Below are positions 33,971 to 50,012 of a stretch of DNA of 64,000 nt, piece by piece. Below the pieces are notes generated by a model that had not been told where the DNA came from, made no database searches, and saw only the letters and a program-made list of their open reading frames with translations. The position numbers and the translations under genes are program-made. The stretch's first letter is position 1, and each line of letters begins with the position of its first letter. Location of the stretch: NCBI RefSeq assembly GCF_009914755.1, contig NC_060939.1; one strand, 5' to 3'. The DNA comes from the human T2T-CHM13v2.0 reference genome, Homo sapiens.

Positions 33971-35496
33971 TGGATTGTGTCATCCTTGTCTCTCTTGACG
34001 GACGGGAAGAGGAGAGTGAAACCTAAGACCACAGCGGAAGCGCGTTAACAGGAGGACCAGCAAGGAACGGAAGCCAGGTTGTCAAGCCTCAGTTGGCTTT
34101 CACGTATTCTCCTTTTCAGGCGGGTATTTAGGAAGAGAGGAGGGTGAGGAGCACAGCGCACTTCTGCAGCAGCAGCTGCGGATTGGCTTGTGGGAGGCGG
34201 TTCTCCGGAGCAAGGCAAGGGCCCCTGCCGCTTCTGGGCTGACTGTGGATTCCGCCACACCTCACAGGGCTTTGTAACTCCCCACCCACTTGAGGGTTCC
34301 AGATAACTTTTTTTTTTTAACAAAGCAGGGGTGGGGGTGGGAGATTCCTGCTGTTAAAAACAAACAAAGGGCTTAGACACCGGCTAGTCGGCTGCGGGAG
34401 GCAGCAAGAGAAAGGCCGAGGGGCCTGGAGTAGCTCCTGAAAACCGCCGAGGGCCCTGCGGGCAGACGCCCCTGAATTCTTTTGGTGGGGAGAAAAGCCG
34501 CGGAGCTCCCCAATGTGCCAATTGGTTTGTTGTTGTTTTGCTTTTTTTGAATACACAAACTCTCCGAAAACTCCTGTCTTGCCCCACTTTTTTGTGAGTT
34601 CATTGCTTTGGAAACAAAACTCTCTTCCATTTATTGGCAATTATCAAATTTCCGATCCTTCTCTATCAGGAGATCCAGCAACAAACACCCTGTTATGTAA
34701 ATTTCTTTCAAAGATAAATTCGAAAGCCCCTCCATTCATTCCTTCAAGAACTCAACAGATGTCCTTGAGGCTCATTTTCTGCCGGGCACTCGGTTCACAA
34801 GGCTCAAGAGACCCCTGGCTCCAGCCATTGTCCAGGTTGTCACTGGTGTCCCCAGCTCTCCACTTCTGAGGACCCACTTCTCACCCCCTCCTCCTCCGCA
34901 CACGTTCCCGAGGCTCTCGGCCGGTGTGATCTCACCGACTAGAGAATAAAAACAGCCCAGGGGCGCCGGCGCCGGCCAAGGGCCTTGACGGGGATCAGCA
35001 AGCGCGAGGCCAAGTGCGGGCCCCAACTTCCTGGGCCCGGGCCTTCCGCGCGCCCCCTCTCGGGCTCGGGTCCTCTCCAGGGTGCACTCGCGTCCGGACG
35101 ACGCTTACTTGCTGCGAGTCCAACCCTCTCCGGCCCGCAACTCCAACCGAGCCGCCCGAGTGTGGACTCCGAGAGCGGACGCCACGGGCCGCGCTCAGCC
35201 CTCCCGCCCGAGGCCCCTCTCGCCGTGTTTCCCAGGACTTCCTCCCCGCGCCCGCCCGACTTCAGGTCGGGGCCGCGCAGGGTCCCGCGCGCTCCAGCCA
35301 GGACTGCCGCCGCCCGGGTCGCCCACGTGGGCGTGCTGGGCGCGGGGTGGTGGCCGGCCGGGCGCCCTCCCCGGAGCAGGGGGCGGGCAGGGCGCCCGCG
35401 GGAGGAGGTGGCGGGGCGCGGGGGAGGAGGCGGGGAGCCCCGGCGGCGAGGGGGCGGTGACAGCACTTGGAAAGGAGGCTGCACGCGGATTTGCAT

Positions 35497-36364
<868 letters not shown>

Positions 36365-39300
36365 TGAGACTGTGTGGGTGCGTGTGTGTGAGAGTGGGAG
36401 AGCGCGGGCAGGAAGGGGGTGGGGGGACCCCAAACAAAACCATCTCTGATTTGCAAAGATCAGAGCCCGAGGCTTCCACGCGGCACTCTGGCTTCCACAC
36501 CTCACATTCCCTTTCCACCTCCGGGAGGGGAGAGCGGGTTGCTGCGGGACTCGGCCGCCCCCACTCCGGGGAGCTGGGGCTGGAAGTTGAGGCCCGCTTT
36601 GTTCGGCTCCGCGGGCCGGAGCCCCTCCTCCGCCGCCGCCTCCCGCCCCCGCGGCCCGCGCTCGTGGAGGTGGTGGTGTCTTTGCGTTTCTTTTCTTCAG
36701 TCGGGTCTCCCCACTTTCCTCTACAGGAATGCGGTCCGTACAGCTGGGGCTGTGGGTGAGGAGCGGGAGCCTAGTGATTGACAGATTCCTTCTTCGTTCT
36801 TTCTTTGCCTTCGGGATTAGCATTTTTATCGAGTATTTTTAGACTCGGTTGTGCCAGTCTCCCGCCCCCTGAGCATGCACGCACTTTGGTTGCAGTGCAA
36901 TGCTCTGACTTCCAAATGGGAGAGACAAGTGGCGGAAAATAGGGTCTTCTCCCACCTCCCACCCCCCCATCCCGACTCTTTTGCCCTTCTTTTGGTCCAA
37001 GAGATTTTGAAACCGTGCAGAACGAGGGAGAGGGGCAGGCTGCAGCCGGGCAGATAACAAAACACACCCCAAAGTGGGCCTCGCATCGGCCCTCGCATTC
37101 CTGTAGAGCCTTCCTTCCCAAAGCGCGCTGCCATCTGTCTGGATCTCCTTTATCCTTCCCGTTGCGCGCTAGCTAGGTCGGGCGGGAGCCCACAGATGGC
37201 TGATAGAAGGGGTCAGTGACTTCACTCCCCCAGGGCCTTCCTTAGCTTAGATGTGCCTGGCTGGGAACTGGGGGTGCGGGTACCTTGGCTTCCTATCTCT
37301 ACCTCTCAGCCTCCTTTGATGCTGAACCAAGGGAGAGAGCGTGTGTGTTGGGGGCTGGCTCTTTTGGGGGTCCCAGGCTGCCGAGGAATGAGTAGAAAGC
37401 ACCAGGGACTGTCAGCCGCAAAGGGATTGTCATCCCTGCCCCTGGGCCAGGGTGGACTCCATCCTTGGCCACCTGCTTGGGGCAGTTGTACAGGGGCTGC
37501 CAGGCGAGTCAGGCAGGCACAAAGCAACATCTGTCCACGGGAACCGAGGGCAGGCCTCCCCTGGAAATAAATGCCACATATGGTGGGAGTGCGGACTTAA
37601 ATTTTTTTTAACTGGGTGGATCCAGTCAATAAAGGGGGAGGGAAGGCGGTGTGCTGTCTGGGGAAGTCTCTGGGCGTGTGATCGGGAGCCAGAATTGACT
37701 TCAGAGGAGGTGGTGTGATGTGATGGTCAGAGAGACCTGGGATTTGGTTCCAGCTCTGGTTGTTAATTCTTCTGTATTCCTTCCGTGGGGGTGGCTAGGG
37801 TAGAGTGGGTGAGTATGCTACTTCTCTTTCTGGGGAGGGGTCTGCCAAACCTACCTTCTCCTTATCTGCCTGGGTGCATTGAAGACAAGTGCTTTATGTA
37901 TTGAAACAGAAGAAAAAAAGTGGTATCAATTGTAAAACAGGCAGCTGTGAAAAGTGTTTCACAGTTTACAAAGCACTTTCACATGGTTTTCTGAGGTCCT
38001 CAAAAAAAGACAGAAAGCAAGCAAGCAACCAGCCATGGAAAGTAGATAAGGTTGTTAGGCTTAAGATTATCACATTTTTAAAGCAGAGGAAACCTTAAAA
38101 GAGAGAGGTGAAAAGGCTTGAGTCATAGACATGGGGTTCTGCCTGAATGTGCTCTTTCTGCTGCCCCATGCTGCTTTATACTTTGAAGATCCTGAATACA
38201 TTCTTTGCTGAATGCTAAAGCTGTGTTAGCTTGGGGAGGGCCCTGTGGATCTTTGTATGTGCGGTTGCTTCTTTAATCTTTGGGCTGGTGATAGCTTGGC
38301 AGAGAGGCCTTGCTTTCCCTTGCCTTGGTAGGAGTTTGTCCTCTGTGGGGCCATACCTTTGGCCTGCCTTTTCCTCTTCCAAAGTCCTGCTGAGACTTTG
38401 GAAGCCTAAGACGTGTGAACGCTTTGGATGATTCTGAGAGTTCAAGCCAACCTGCCCTGTGGCCTTCTCGTGACTTTGTTAGGACTGAGGCATCTTCTGC
38501 CTGCCTGGATAGGACTGAATACAAAAGTAGATTTTTTTTTTCATCTTTTTTTTCAGTTAGGGAAACCCAGTTGCTTGGGTGGATCCAGACAAAATGGATT
38601 TTCATCCTTGGATTTTGTGCCCACGCCTCTGGGTCACCTTGTGTCCCTTGGCAACAGCTGCTGCTGTTTTGGTCGTGGGCAGAAAACTAAAGGCCACGTC
38701 TTGGGGAGGTGGCTGGTTTGGCCCTGTGCTGGTGATATCAATGTGTCTGCTAAGCCCCATAGATTGCAGTGTTGCTTGTCAAATTGTCTGCTTTCACCAC
38801 AACTGCCTTTTAGTTTGGAAAGTAGAGAAAGGAAAATGTTTAACTTAGTCATTCCCCCTGTGTGTGGGGGGTTGGTCACTGGGTGCTTAAAAACACTCTG
38901 CAAGATCTGGACTCCGGGGTTTAAGGAGCCCTCAGTCTAAGGAGATTAAGCCAAGTGTGTTTTGGCTAATATATAATCATGAGCAGCAACAGCAACATTT
39001 GGCAATTAGAGCTGTATACTAGGGACTTCCAGACCACAGGCTTGCTTCTCTGTGACACCAGCTCTGACTTGTTTCAATTATCAGGGGAGCTGGCGTGATA
39101 CACACTTATCGACATAAAGAAGGTGAAAGAGATTGGTGCCAAGGAAGTGGTAAGAGCTTCATTTAGATACACCAACAAAGGGGCTGTCAGGATACTCTGA
39201 GGTCTGGCAGGATTGGCAGAATTTACACAAGTTTTATAACAGCCTCTCATGCCTCACCTGCTTGAGTACCTGAGTAAAGCTGCAGGTATCTTCCTTGCCA

Positions 39301-39607
39301 GTTTATAAGAATGGAATCAAAGCATTTGCCACTGAATGAGAGTTGGTGTGTGAGCGTTATATGAGGAATAAGGAGCTCGGCACACTTAAAACTTAGTTTT
39401 CTGGTAGACACTGGTAGCTTGTACTTCCACCAGGGAATCCATGCCTTGGCCTCGTTGTTGGGAGCTAGACCAAGCTTAAAGCATTGCTTGTTTGGAAGGG
39501 AATTTGGGCTTTCTTGTGTCAGAGCACCCAGTCCAGTGGAAAATTGGAGAATTGAAGCAAACACTAGGTCTGACACACAGCATCTACTCCCTCCCTGTGA
39601 ATCTGAT

Positions 39608-39897
39608 GTTTTTTTTTTTGGAGACAGAGTCTTGCCTTGTTGCCCAGGCTGGAGCGCAGTGGCATGATCTTAGCTCACTGCAACCTCTGCCTCCCGGTTC
39701 AAGCGATTCTTGTGCCTCAGCCTCCCGAGTAGCTGGGATTACAGGCGCCCGCCACCACGCCCAGCTAATTTTTGTATTTTTAGTAGAGACGGGGTTTCAC
39801 CATGTTGGTCAGGCTGGTGTTGAACTCCTGACCTTGTGATCTGCCCGCCTTGGCCTGCCAAAGTGCTGGGATTACAGGCGTGAGCCACCGCGCCTCA
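39608..39897 (-). mobile_element. AluS
   Basis: Antisense dimer; GAATCTGAT flanks. Confidence 0.93.
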
Positions 39898-40199
39898 CCG
39901 AATCTGATCTTTTACTGTAGCCTCCTCTTATTATCTCCTTGACTTTTGCCAGGGTACTCTCACTTTGAGAAAGGAAAAAGATCCTAGTCTTTAACATGCC
40001 TTTTCCAGATTTCTGGGGATAGACCTATTACTAAGGCTGTAGAGGCCTCCCTTTTCTCTTGGCTGCACTTCAGAGCACCATGCCCGTGTGGCCCATTGGA
40101 AGCAAGCCCCCTTCCAGCTGCTAGGGAGGTGGTCCATTATCTCTTTGCTCTTGTTAAGTTTGATTAGGGGAGTTCCACGTAGGGCCTGAGAAGAGGAGG

Positions 40200-40450
40200 T
40201 GCCTGCAGGACAATAGGTAGCTGATGAGGGATCTGACTCAGCTGCAGCTGAACCTAGGCGCCACTTGACGTTCCCTGGGAACATTTAGAACCTTGGAACA
40301 TGCTGCTTGCACCTGGGAGTGGAATGTTTGCAGACAGCCCCTCTGTTGTTACAGGGCTGGATTTTGTTGATTTATTGATATTTATTGGACCCTCCCATGT
40401 CTGAGTCAATTTTTTAGGTACCAGAGGAGGATGCAGAGACACGTTTGAGA
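40200..40450. promoter_or_regulatory. Candidate intronic enhancer
   Basis: AP-1/ARE TGACTCAGC 40234, tandem E-boxes CAGCTGCAGCTG 40239-40250, TEAD TGGAATG 40320, AP-1 TGAGTCA 40402. Confidence 0.5.
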
Positions 40451-41424
40451 AGCTCCCAGCCTGTGAGAAGCTTACACATCAGTAAGGGAAACATGAATAG
40501 GGCATTATTTGAGTATCTAACTGCTATCTCTTTCTCATTCCCAGCTACCAGCAGAAATATGAGATCTAGTATGGATGATTTTTGATGGGGGCGGGCGTTG
40601 ATGTGCCTTTTAAATATTGTAGAATTCACTATGTTAGGAAATAAAATAATGACAGGCATCTGTTTTTTTCTGAAAAAAACACAAAATTCAGGTCCTGTAC
40701 CTGCCATTTTACCACCTGCAAGGATTTGGGAATCCATTTAAGTTTCACAGCTTTTATATCTGCACCTGTCAAGTCAGGATGAGATAAGTTCTGTGGAAGT
40801 GTTTTGTGAACCAGAGAATTTGACAGGTATGTTACGTTTAGACTTCATTCTGCATCATTCATTCATTATTGAATTATTCAGTCCTTCGTTGAGAACATAC
40901 TACAATGACCACAGCAGGGTCCCTGTACTCAAAGAGCTCCCTGTCTAGAGCGGGAGACAGACTTGCCCAAAGGTATGAGGCATGAGCTGCAGCTGAGGAA
41001 TGTGCTAAGTGCCCAGCAATGTGGAAACACAGTTAATTCTGTGGGAGGAGGTGTAGAGAGGAGGAGAACCCATGAGAGGTGGAAAACTAAGAAGGGGACA
41101 AGGGTTATCCAAAGGAAGCTTTTTGGACTGTAGTATGATGTTGGGAACTTTTTGGTACATGGGGATAGTTCCCTATAAGAATGAGGACGTCTTTATCCTC
41201 TTTTACTAAACTGAGTGCTGCTATAAATATGTTACCTTGTAACTGGCACTGAACAGCTAGTGACTTGGGTGCTATATTTTACTCCACTGTAAAGCATTTT
41301 CTCTTTGAAGTAAAAAGTAAGTTAGTACTGCAAACTGAAATTCAGGTTTCCTTGGTGGGAACAGGGACTTTAGATGTATCAGCTCAGAATATGACAGGGA
41401 GTGTTAATAAAAAGTGGACAACTT

Positions 41425-41790
<366 letters not shown>

Positions 41791-43565
41791 TCATTTCTCT
41801 AGTTAACACTTGCTGAGAATAAATCCTAGACGCCTGAGTTTCTGAATGAACATAGGTGCTTTTAGTGGTATATTTTTAAAAAAGTCTTTGCAAGGGTGAA
41901 GTTTTAAATGACAATTTTAATAACAGAAAAATATGAATACAGTCGCATTTAATTCTGATGAGAAATGCAAGAAGTTGATGAAATTGAAAGAATTTGTTTC
42001 AAGCTTATCACATCAGGAATCCAACTAAATGAGTTAAAAAATAAATATTGGTTTAATAATGTAAACATGTGATTGCTGTATTATTATAATGGAATAAAAT
42101 TAACACGATTTAATGAACTGAGCGACCATTAATTTTTACTTGTTAATTTATTAGGAGATTTTAATGCCATTTGATGCACAGTACAGCCATTATTCTGCGT
42201 GAGCTCCTTAATGAAATAAATAAGACCAAGCAGGGCTTGCTTCAAATTGGAATCAGCTTTCATTCCTGTTAACCTTATTCTCCCACCTTTATTCACCTCT
42301 CCTTCAGCTTCCTGTAATTGCAATTAAGTTCTCTAAGATTGGAATGCAGTTTTCTTAATCAGCAAGTCTCATCAATAGTCCTAATTGACTTTTGCCCTTT
42401 TCTCCTTTGCCATATTGACTGATTAAAACAAAAGCAAAACTTAAAGACTCCATTCCCTCCCCCAAATCCACATCTCATAGTGTTGGTTGGCTGGCAAGAG
42501 AACTGCCCAAGAAGGCTGCTCATGATGGCAGCCTGCTGAATGTGCAGGAGGTGGAAGTTCACCAGCCATGTGCAGACGTGAATGGCTGGTGCAGTGTTGG
42601 ATGGGACTAACTCCTCCCTAAGGAGGGGTATGACCTTCTGTTGGCCTCTGACAAGTCCCTGAGCCATGGAGCCTTCAGTCTTCCCATCTTCAAGCACAAT
42701 GGTTCCTGGAAACAGTGGGAAGTTGCCATCCTAAGCCCACCCTACAGAAGTTTGGTTTCTAATTTTACTGTGTTCTAAGCTTTAGAACCGAGACAATTCC
42801 AAGAGAACTTGTCCAGTTCATTTTTATGCCTTCCTTTAATGCCGTACCAGGTGCTAATTTCTGTGCCAGATAATGCGGACAAAATAGTGAATAAGGCAGA
42901 TACTGTCCCTGGTGCCTTCTGTAGCTTCTAGTCCACTGGCTGTGAAACACAGGTTCTTTGGAGTTGTAAGAATGCTGTATGTGTTCACTCTTTAGCTAAT
43001 TTGTAAATACTGTTTTTTTGGTGCCAAACAAACCACATCCCCCAAGCTCTGCAGTTTATTGACTTGACAAGGATCTCTCTCTCTCTTTCTCTTTCTCTCT
43101 GTATAACATAATCCTTTGTTTCGACTTAACAGTTTGAGAAATAAACAAATCTATAGCATACTATCCACTGTTGGTTATCTAAGGCCCTTCCTATAAACAG
43201 CAGCCTGCCACAGTGGCAACTGCTGTAGAATGTTTTGGCAGAGACTCAGTTTAAAATGAAAACACAGTAGAAGCCTATTAATTAAGAAGTTTGGCTAATT
43301 CTGGACTAGGCAAAAGTTTGTTTAGCAGGCCTTTTTGCCCCATAAATGCTGTCAAAGAAAAATTAATAAACAAGAGTTTGGGGATTATTTTGGAGGTAGG
43401 AGTCAGCAGACCTTGGTAGGTTCTAGACGTGGCTCTGTTTCTGATTAGCTGTGTGACCTGGGACAAGTCACCTTCTTTGGGCCTCGAATGTTCTCAACTG
43501 GAAAATAGGCTAGATAAACTCTATTGGAGGGCCTTTCTAACTTGGAATTGGTATTCATACAAGCA

Positions 43566-43867
<302 letters not shown>

Positions 43868-44435
43868 ACATACAAACATTTTAAAAGCTCCCAGTTGCAC
43901 GCATCTAGTTGATCAGTGAATGACAGATCTTTCTTAATTATTGATGTTCCAAGACTCTATCAGCCTGGTGTCAATTAATTTACATAAGTAAAAATAATAA
44001 AATTGTAATTCAGCCTTTAATTTTGGTGATTTCCCTCCCTCTTCGTTGCCTCTTCCTTACTCTGTGAGTCTAAATCAGTGAAATTTAACTACAAAGGAAT
44101 ATGAAAATAATGCTAGGATGAAGATGTGGAGGCTGTGCCTCTTGAGATGCAGTGAACAGTTTTTCTTCTTTTGTTGCTATTTTTGACTATTCTAAGAACA
44201 GGAAGTTTACTTAAACTAATGACCACAGATGCCTAAAAATGGTTAAATGTAAGAGGTAGGCATTATAGAGGATACCTGTGGAAAATGTTTGCTCATATGT
44301 CAAAGTTTACCCAGGAAGCTTCCTTTATTTATTTCCAAGCATCTATATAAAGAAAGGCTGCACTTGATTGCGTAAGCATGAGCCTTTTGATAGGCAGCGT
44401 GGATGTTGCAAGTTTAAACCCCAACTAGGAAATGA

Positions 44436-44791
<356 letters not shown>

Positions 44792-45526
44792 TAAGAAACA
44801 CTGTGTATGGCTTTGCCTTTGAAACCTACAGAGTTATGAATCTGGTCCCTTTTGCTGCTAAGTGTTGCATCACAAACTGCCAAGCCAAGTTGTAACTCTG
44901 AGGTGTCACCATTTTTTTTTTTTTTTCAACTGGACATTTGAAAATAGTAATGCTTTTTGGGTGTGTGTTTTTTAAAGGTCTGTTTTTACGCTGTCACTGC
45001 TCAAAAATGCCAAAAGGCATTTTTTCCTTAAAAAATCACCTCTGGGCTAAGCCCAAATGTGGAGTAATGAATCCAGAAAGGACTTTTTGAGTAGTTACAA
45101 GTGGCTGAAAGCAGGCACTGGTGATGGAAATTGGGTTTTTCCTTTTGCTTCAAATCTTCCTGGTTGTAAACTTTTTCTTACCCTTATTGACGTCAGACTC
45201 AAGGTGGGTCTAATTTCTCCCAGCCCATGGGAAGGCAGAGTGAATTACTGCTTGTTGTGCCACCCCTTTACATTTTGTGTGTGGCTGTTTGTCTCTACCC
45301 AGACAGGTTCTTCACATATTACCTGGGGAGCAGGAGAGGGGGAGGACAGGAAGAGCACAGTTGGGCAGAAAGAGCAAAGCCTCTCAAGTCTGATGGGTTT
45401 GGGTTTGAGTCTGACAGTTATTAGCTATGTGGTGACCTTGGGTACTTTGCTTCAACTTATTGAGCCCCAGTTTCTGCATCTGTAAAATGAGGATGAAACT
45501 ACCTACTTCATAGAAATCAACCCAAG

Positions 45527-45823
45527 TGTCCGGGCACGGTGGCTCATGCCTATAATCCCAGCACTTTGGGAGGCCAAGGTGGATGGATCACCTGAGGTCA
45601 AGAGTTTGAGACCAGCCTGACCAATATGGTGAAACCTCGGCTCTACTAAAAATATAAAAATTAGCCGGGCATGGTAGCGGGCGCCTGTAATTTCAGCTAC
45701 TCAGGAGGCTGAGACAGGAGAATTGCTTGAACCTGGGAGCCAGAGCTTGCCGTGAGCCAAGATCGCACCATTGTACTCCAGCCTGGGCAACAGAGTGAGA
45801 CTCTGTCTCAAAAAAAAAAAAAA
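45527..45823 (+). mobile_element. AluS inserted in a MIR (about 45390-45900)
   Basis: Full dimer; AAATCAAC(C/G)CAAGTG flanks. Confidence 0.92.
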
Positions 45824-46199
45824 ATCAACGCAAGTGAGATAAGATGTATCAAGTACTTTGCCAGTATCGATCATAATACATAGTAGATGCTTAGTAAACG
45901 CTCATTTTTCCTTTCCAAGGGGAAATTTGGCAGATGATGTCCGTCGACTCCAATAGGTGATCCCCTTCCCATCCCGACACACTTGCTCACAGAGCATTCT
46001 CCTTTGGAGAGTCTCAGTTGATATAGGAAAAGGATCTACTTCAACACACACAGAGAACATACAGACATGCCACTTGTTGATGTAAGGCTTGGCAGGCTAT
46101 TGAAAGAGAAACAATTCATATTCTTAGGCGGTTCTGCCCTCCCCCATCACCTTCTCTATCATTATTCTTAAAAATTTGTTTGGTCGACTAAAAATAATA

Positions 46200-46400
46200 G
46201 TACTAAAAACAAACTTTGATGAATCAGGTCTCCTGGGGCGGGGGATGGGTAAGATCCTGAAGCAGAAACGCAGTGACTCACGCGCCTGTCACTGATAGCT
46301 GCCCGTAAGTGCATGGAAGTGCATGATGTTTATTGTTGCTGGTGTTTTTTTGAGGCCCAAGTTGGAATGCACTTCCGGCTCCCCCTCAAGTACTAGCTTA
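46200..46400. promoter_or_regulatory. Candidate intronic enhancer
   Basis: TCF/LEF CTTTGAT 46214, GC box 46235, AP-1 TGACTCA 46274, FOX TGTTTAT 46327, TEAD TGGAATG 46363 and ETS ACTTCCGG 46371, with retained CpGs. Confidence 0.6.
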
Positions 46401-47117
46401 CTGGTTAGGTGGGCTGTTGAGTGAGAATGGTCAGGTCCAGAAACTCATGGCTCTGAAATGACCCAGACGTGGTGGCTATACCCTTGACTGCCCTCAGATA
46501 CGTGCAAGAGGGAGCTCACGCTTCAAGAGTCATGCTTTGGCCCTCCACCTGGCTGTGCTCCTCTTACTGGGGCAAGGAGACTGTAGGGCCAAGGGACAGG
46601 CCCATCTAGAGCAAGCACTTCCTTTTTCCAGATCATGCTCAGAGGCCTGACCCTTCCAGTTCCCTGCATCAGTGTCTTGAGCCTGTTTCCAAGTCCTGCG
46701 TGGGCCTCTTCCCCAGGTCTGTTTTACTTGAGGGCAGACTGTGTTGGCCATGGACAGCATGTGTACCTGTGGGACCAATGGCTGGGCAAGGGGTGCAGGG
46801 GCATGAAGGAATTGGCTAGAGCTTGGACTTGTGGCCTGGGGACTCTACTTGGGTGTGCACAAGGCCTCTGAAAGTTATGGGTGGTGCTAGGGGTGGGCTG
46901 AGATCTTGGGCTGGGTCTCTCTGAGCTTCCACATTCCATTGTGAAACCAAGAGGTCAGGGAATCCTAAACTCAAACCTGGACTTATTAAAGTATTGGTCA
47001 AGGCAGGATGATAGAACGCATTCTGTGTAACCGTTTGTTACCTTGATTTGTCTTTAAATACTACATATGGTGTGTAGGCCTTCCTCTGTATTTTTGCTCT
47101 TAGGGCAGGCATTTCTG

Positions 47118-47156
47118 TATGTATGTATGTATGTACGTATGTATGTATGTATGTAT
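47118..47156. repeat. (TATG)n microsatellite
   Basis: Direct reading. Confidence 0.9.
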
Positions 47157-47539
47157 TTATTTTTGTAGCATCCGCTCAGTTGCGTGGCCACAACTGAATC
47201 CCAGTCCAGGTGGCACCATTATATGGGTAGCATTTTGGAGATGTTCACAGGAATTGATTTCCCTCACCCTCAACCCAGGCCAGAGTGAATTTAATGCAGA
47301 TGAGGGAGAAGGTGCTACATATTATAGCTGCTCATTCAAAAAGTGGAGCAGAGAGCTGGACCACTGAATGTGCCTTTGTTTGCTGGAAATCTTTATTAAG
47401 TACCAGAGATATAGAGATGAAGTTGTGTCTCTGAACTGCTCAGAGGCAAAAAAGGGACACCAGTAACCACAGTTATGGTGGGCCTGTGGAAGAGACACTA
47501 TAGTGAAGGTCAAACAAAATATTTGGGAGCCTAGAGGAA

Positions 47540-47840
47540 GAACAGGTCTATTTCTGGAGGTATCAGAAGGCTTCACAGAGGAGGCAATACTCAATTGGGG
47601 CCTTGAAGGATGGATAGGAGTGTAGGAGTGGAGTGGGAGGCAGCACAGAGCACAGACCAGACTGCGGAAGGGCCTGACGTCTAGGGAAGGCAAGACAGTT
47701 TAGGGTGGCCAGAGTGTGGATGAGGGAGTGGCCAGAGAGGAGTTGGAGAAGGATGTTGTCAAGGGCTTTGGCTTGCCAAACTTCGTACTTTGTGTTTGGA
47801 CCTTGCTCTGTAAGTGTCCAGGAGATTTTAAAGCAGGGGA
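47540..47840 (-). mobile_element. LINE-2 fragment
   Basis: tcagaaggcttcacagaggagg…ccttgaaggatggatagga; gattttaaagcaggggagtggcac. Confidence 0.7.
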
Positions 47841-48878
47841 GTGGCACGGTGAAAGCCACCACTCTATCGTTTCTTGTTTCATTTCCTCCTCTTACCCAGT
47901 GGCTGTTAACAGCAGGTTTTCTGCCGGAGTTATCCAGGTCAGAGTCGTAATCCCTTACAGTACCATGTGGACAGCTTTAGGCTATGTCTGGAGCAGGTTG
48001 AAAATAGTGTTTTGTTCACTGTCAGGAGAGAAGACATGTTGTTCAGCCAGGAGGGCTCAGGGAGCCCAGGCGTTCAGGTAATTAGCCAGTGAGTCATGTC
48101 AGGCTTTTGATATGGATACCTTGGGAAACTAAGTGGGGTGTTGCTGGCCTCCATGCAGATGCCTGGTCTACCCAAGCACAGGCCCCCAAATTAGATCTCG
48201 GCCTCTGCTGGGTCTTCCCTGTGCCTGACACAGTGCCTTCATATGGACCGTCTCTGGTCAGTGTTTTCAATTTCTTTGTTGATGATCATCAATCAAGGCC
48301 AGGCTTTCCAATTCCAGACCACACTGCAATCAGTGGAAACTACCTAAATTCAGTACTGCAGACCCATAGCAGGATGTATGTTTATTGAAAACAGATTATA
48401 TTCCTTAATGAGAGACTAAAACAGCATGTTTAAATCAGTATTCTTCATTCCTTTTATCATTGAGAGATTGGTTATTATTTACCTCGCCTTTAGAGGGTCA
48501 GCTTGGTGGTGGTGGTGGTGGTTTAAGTTGCTGGGTTTTTAAAAGATTGAGTTTCATGTCCAAGGACTGATTCTACTTCATGGGCTGTTTTTGAAAACAT
48601 TGCTAGAAACCTCTTAACTGAAGGCAAGACCAGGGGCAGCCTATTGCTGCGGAGTGCCCTGGGTTCAAATCCCTGCTCCCCAACTTACTGCGGTGGTGAC
48701 TGTGGACATGTTGTTTAACTTATTTGAGCTTCCTTTTCCTCATCAGTAAAATGGGAAAAACAATGACCTCCCTCAAGGAGGGATGTTATTGAAGTTATTT
48801 ACTTAAATCAGATTAGATTTATTTTAGATTAAAAGCTTCTTGCAAGCTGTGAAATGTTTTGCAATGTCACATATTATT

Positions 48879-49177
<299 letters not shown>

Positions 49178-49870
49178 GCATATTATTTCTTTATGGTGTA
49201 GAACTCACTAATACTGCTAAAAACCCTTTCTGACAGAGATGGGAGTTAAGGCTTCTAAGTTCACACCCAGATTTCCACAGAGACCTTAGAGACAATCATA
49301 AATATTGCACAAAATTATATTGGAATATGAGCTCGGGGCACATAGGCTCTGGTGCCTTGTACTAGAAGCTTAGGTGAGCTGTTACTCTTGGCCATGTCCA
49401 AGCATTTGACTCAGAAGATGGTCGAGTCAGCAGTGTTGACTGTTAGCAAATCACCTAAGCCCACTCACATGGGGTGATCCTGGTACGTGTTGCATGGACT
49501 GAGTGTCAACTGCATGCTGAGTGTATGCCAGAGGGGGTGATCTCCTTGATCTTATTTACTTACCTACAGTACTCTGGGTACTTATGTATTTATGTTTACA
49601 GAGGAGGAGGCTGAAGCATTGAGGGGTCAGTGGCAGAACAGGAATCTTAACTCTGGTCTCTGGTTCCTAGTTCTCTGAGCTCTACCCCATAGCCCCTCAA
49701 GAAAGGATGGCCATTGTTGTCCTCATACAAAAAGCTATGACACTGCTATCATTATTCTCATTTGGTAAATGACAGAAACAAGGTTCAGATTACTTAGGTA
49801 AGTTGCTTTAAGTCTCAGGCTAAGGGCTGGAGCTGGATTTGCCACTGAAGCTCTACACCTTCTAGAATCT

Positions 49871-50012
49871 AGGGTGACTACATAATTTATCAAACAAACC
49901 AGGATGTTTCCAAGAGTGAAAAGGGGCAGCATTATTAATTATGGCCACTATTAATTACGGTCCTTGGCCATAAATCAGGACCGTCCAGGCAAACCTGGGT
50001 AATAGTCACCCT
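49871..50012. mobile_element. MER94-like hAT-Blackjack MITE
   Basis: TIRs AGGGTGACTA…TAGTCACCCT; internal ataatttatc…aaaccagga…gagtgaaaagggg. Confidence 0.8.
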
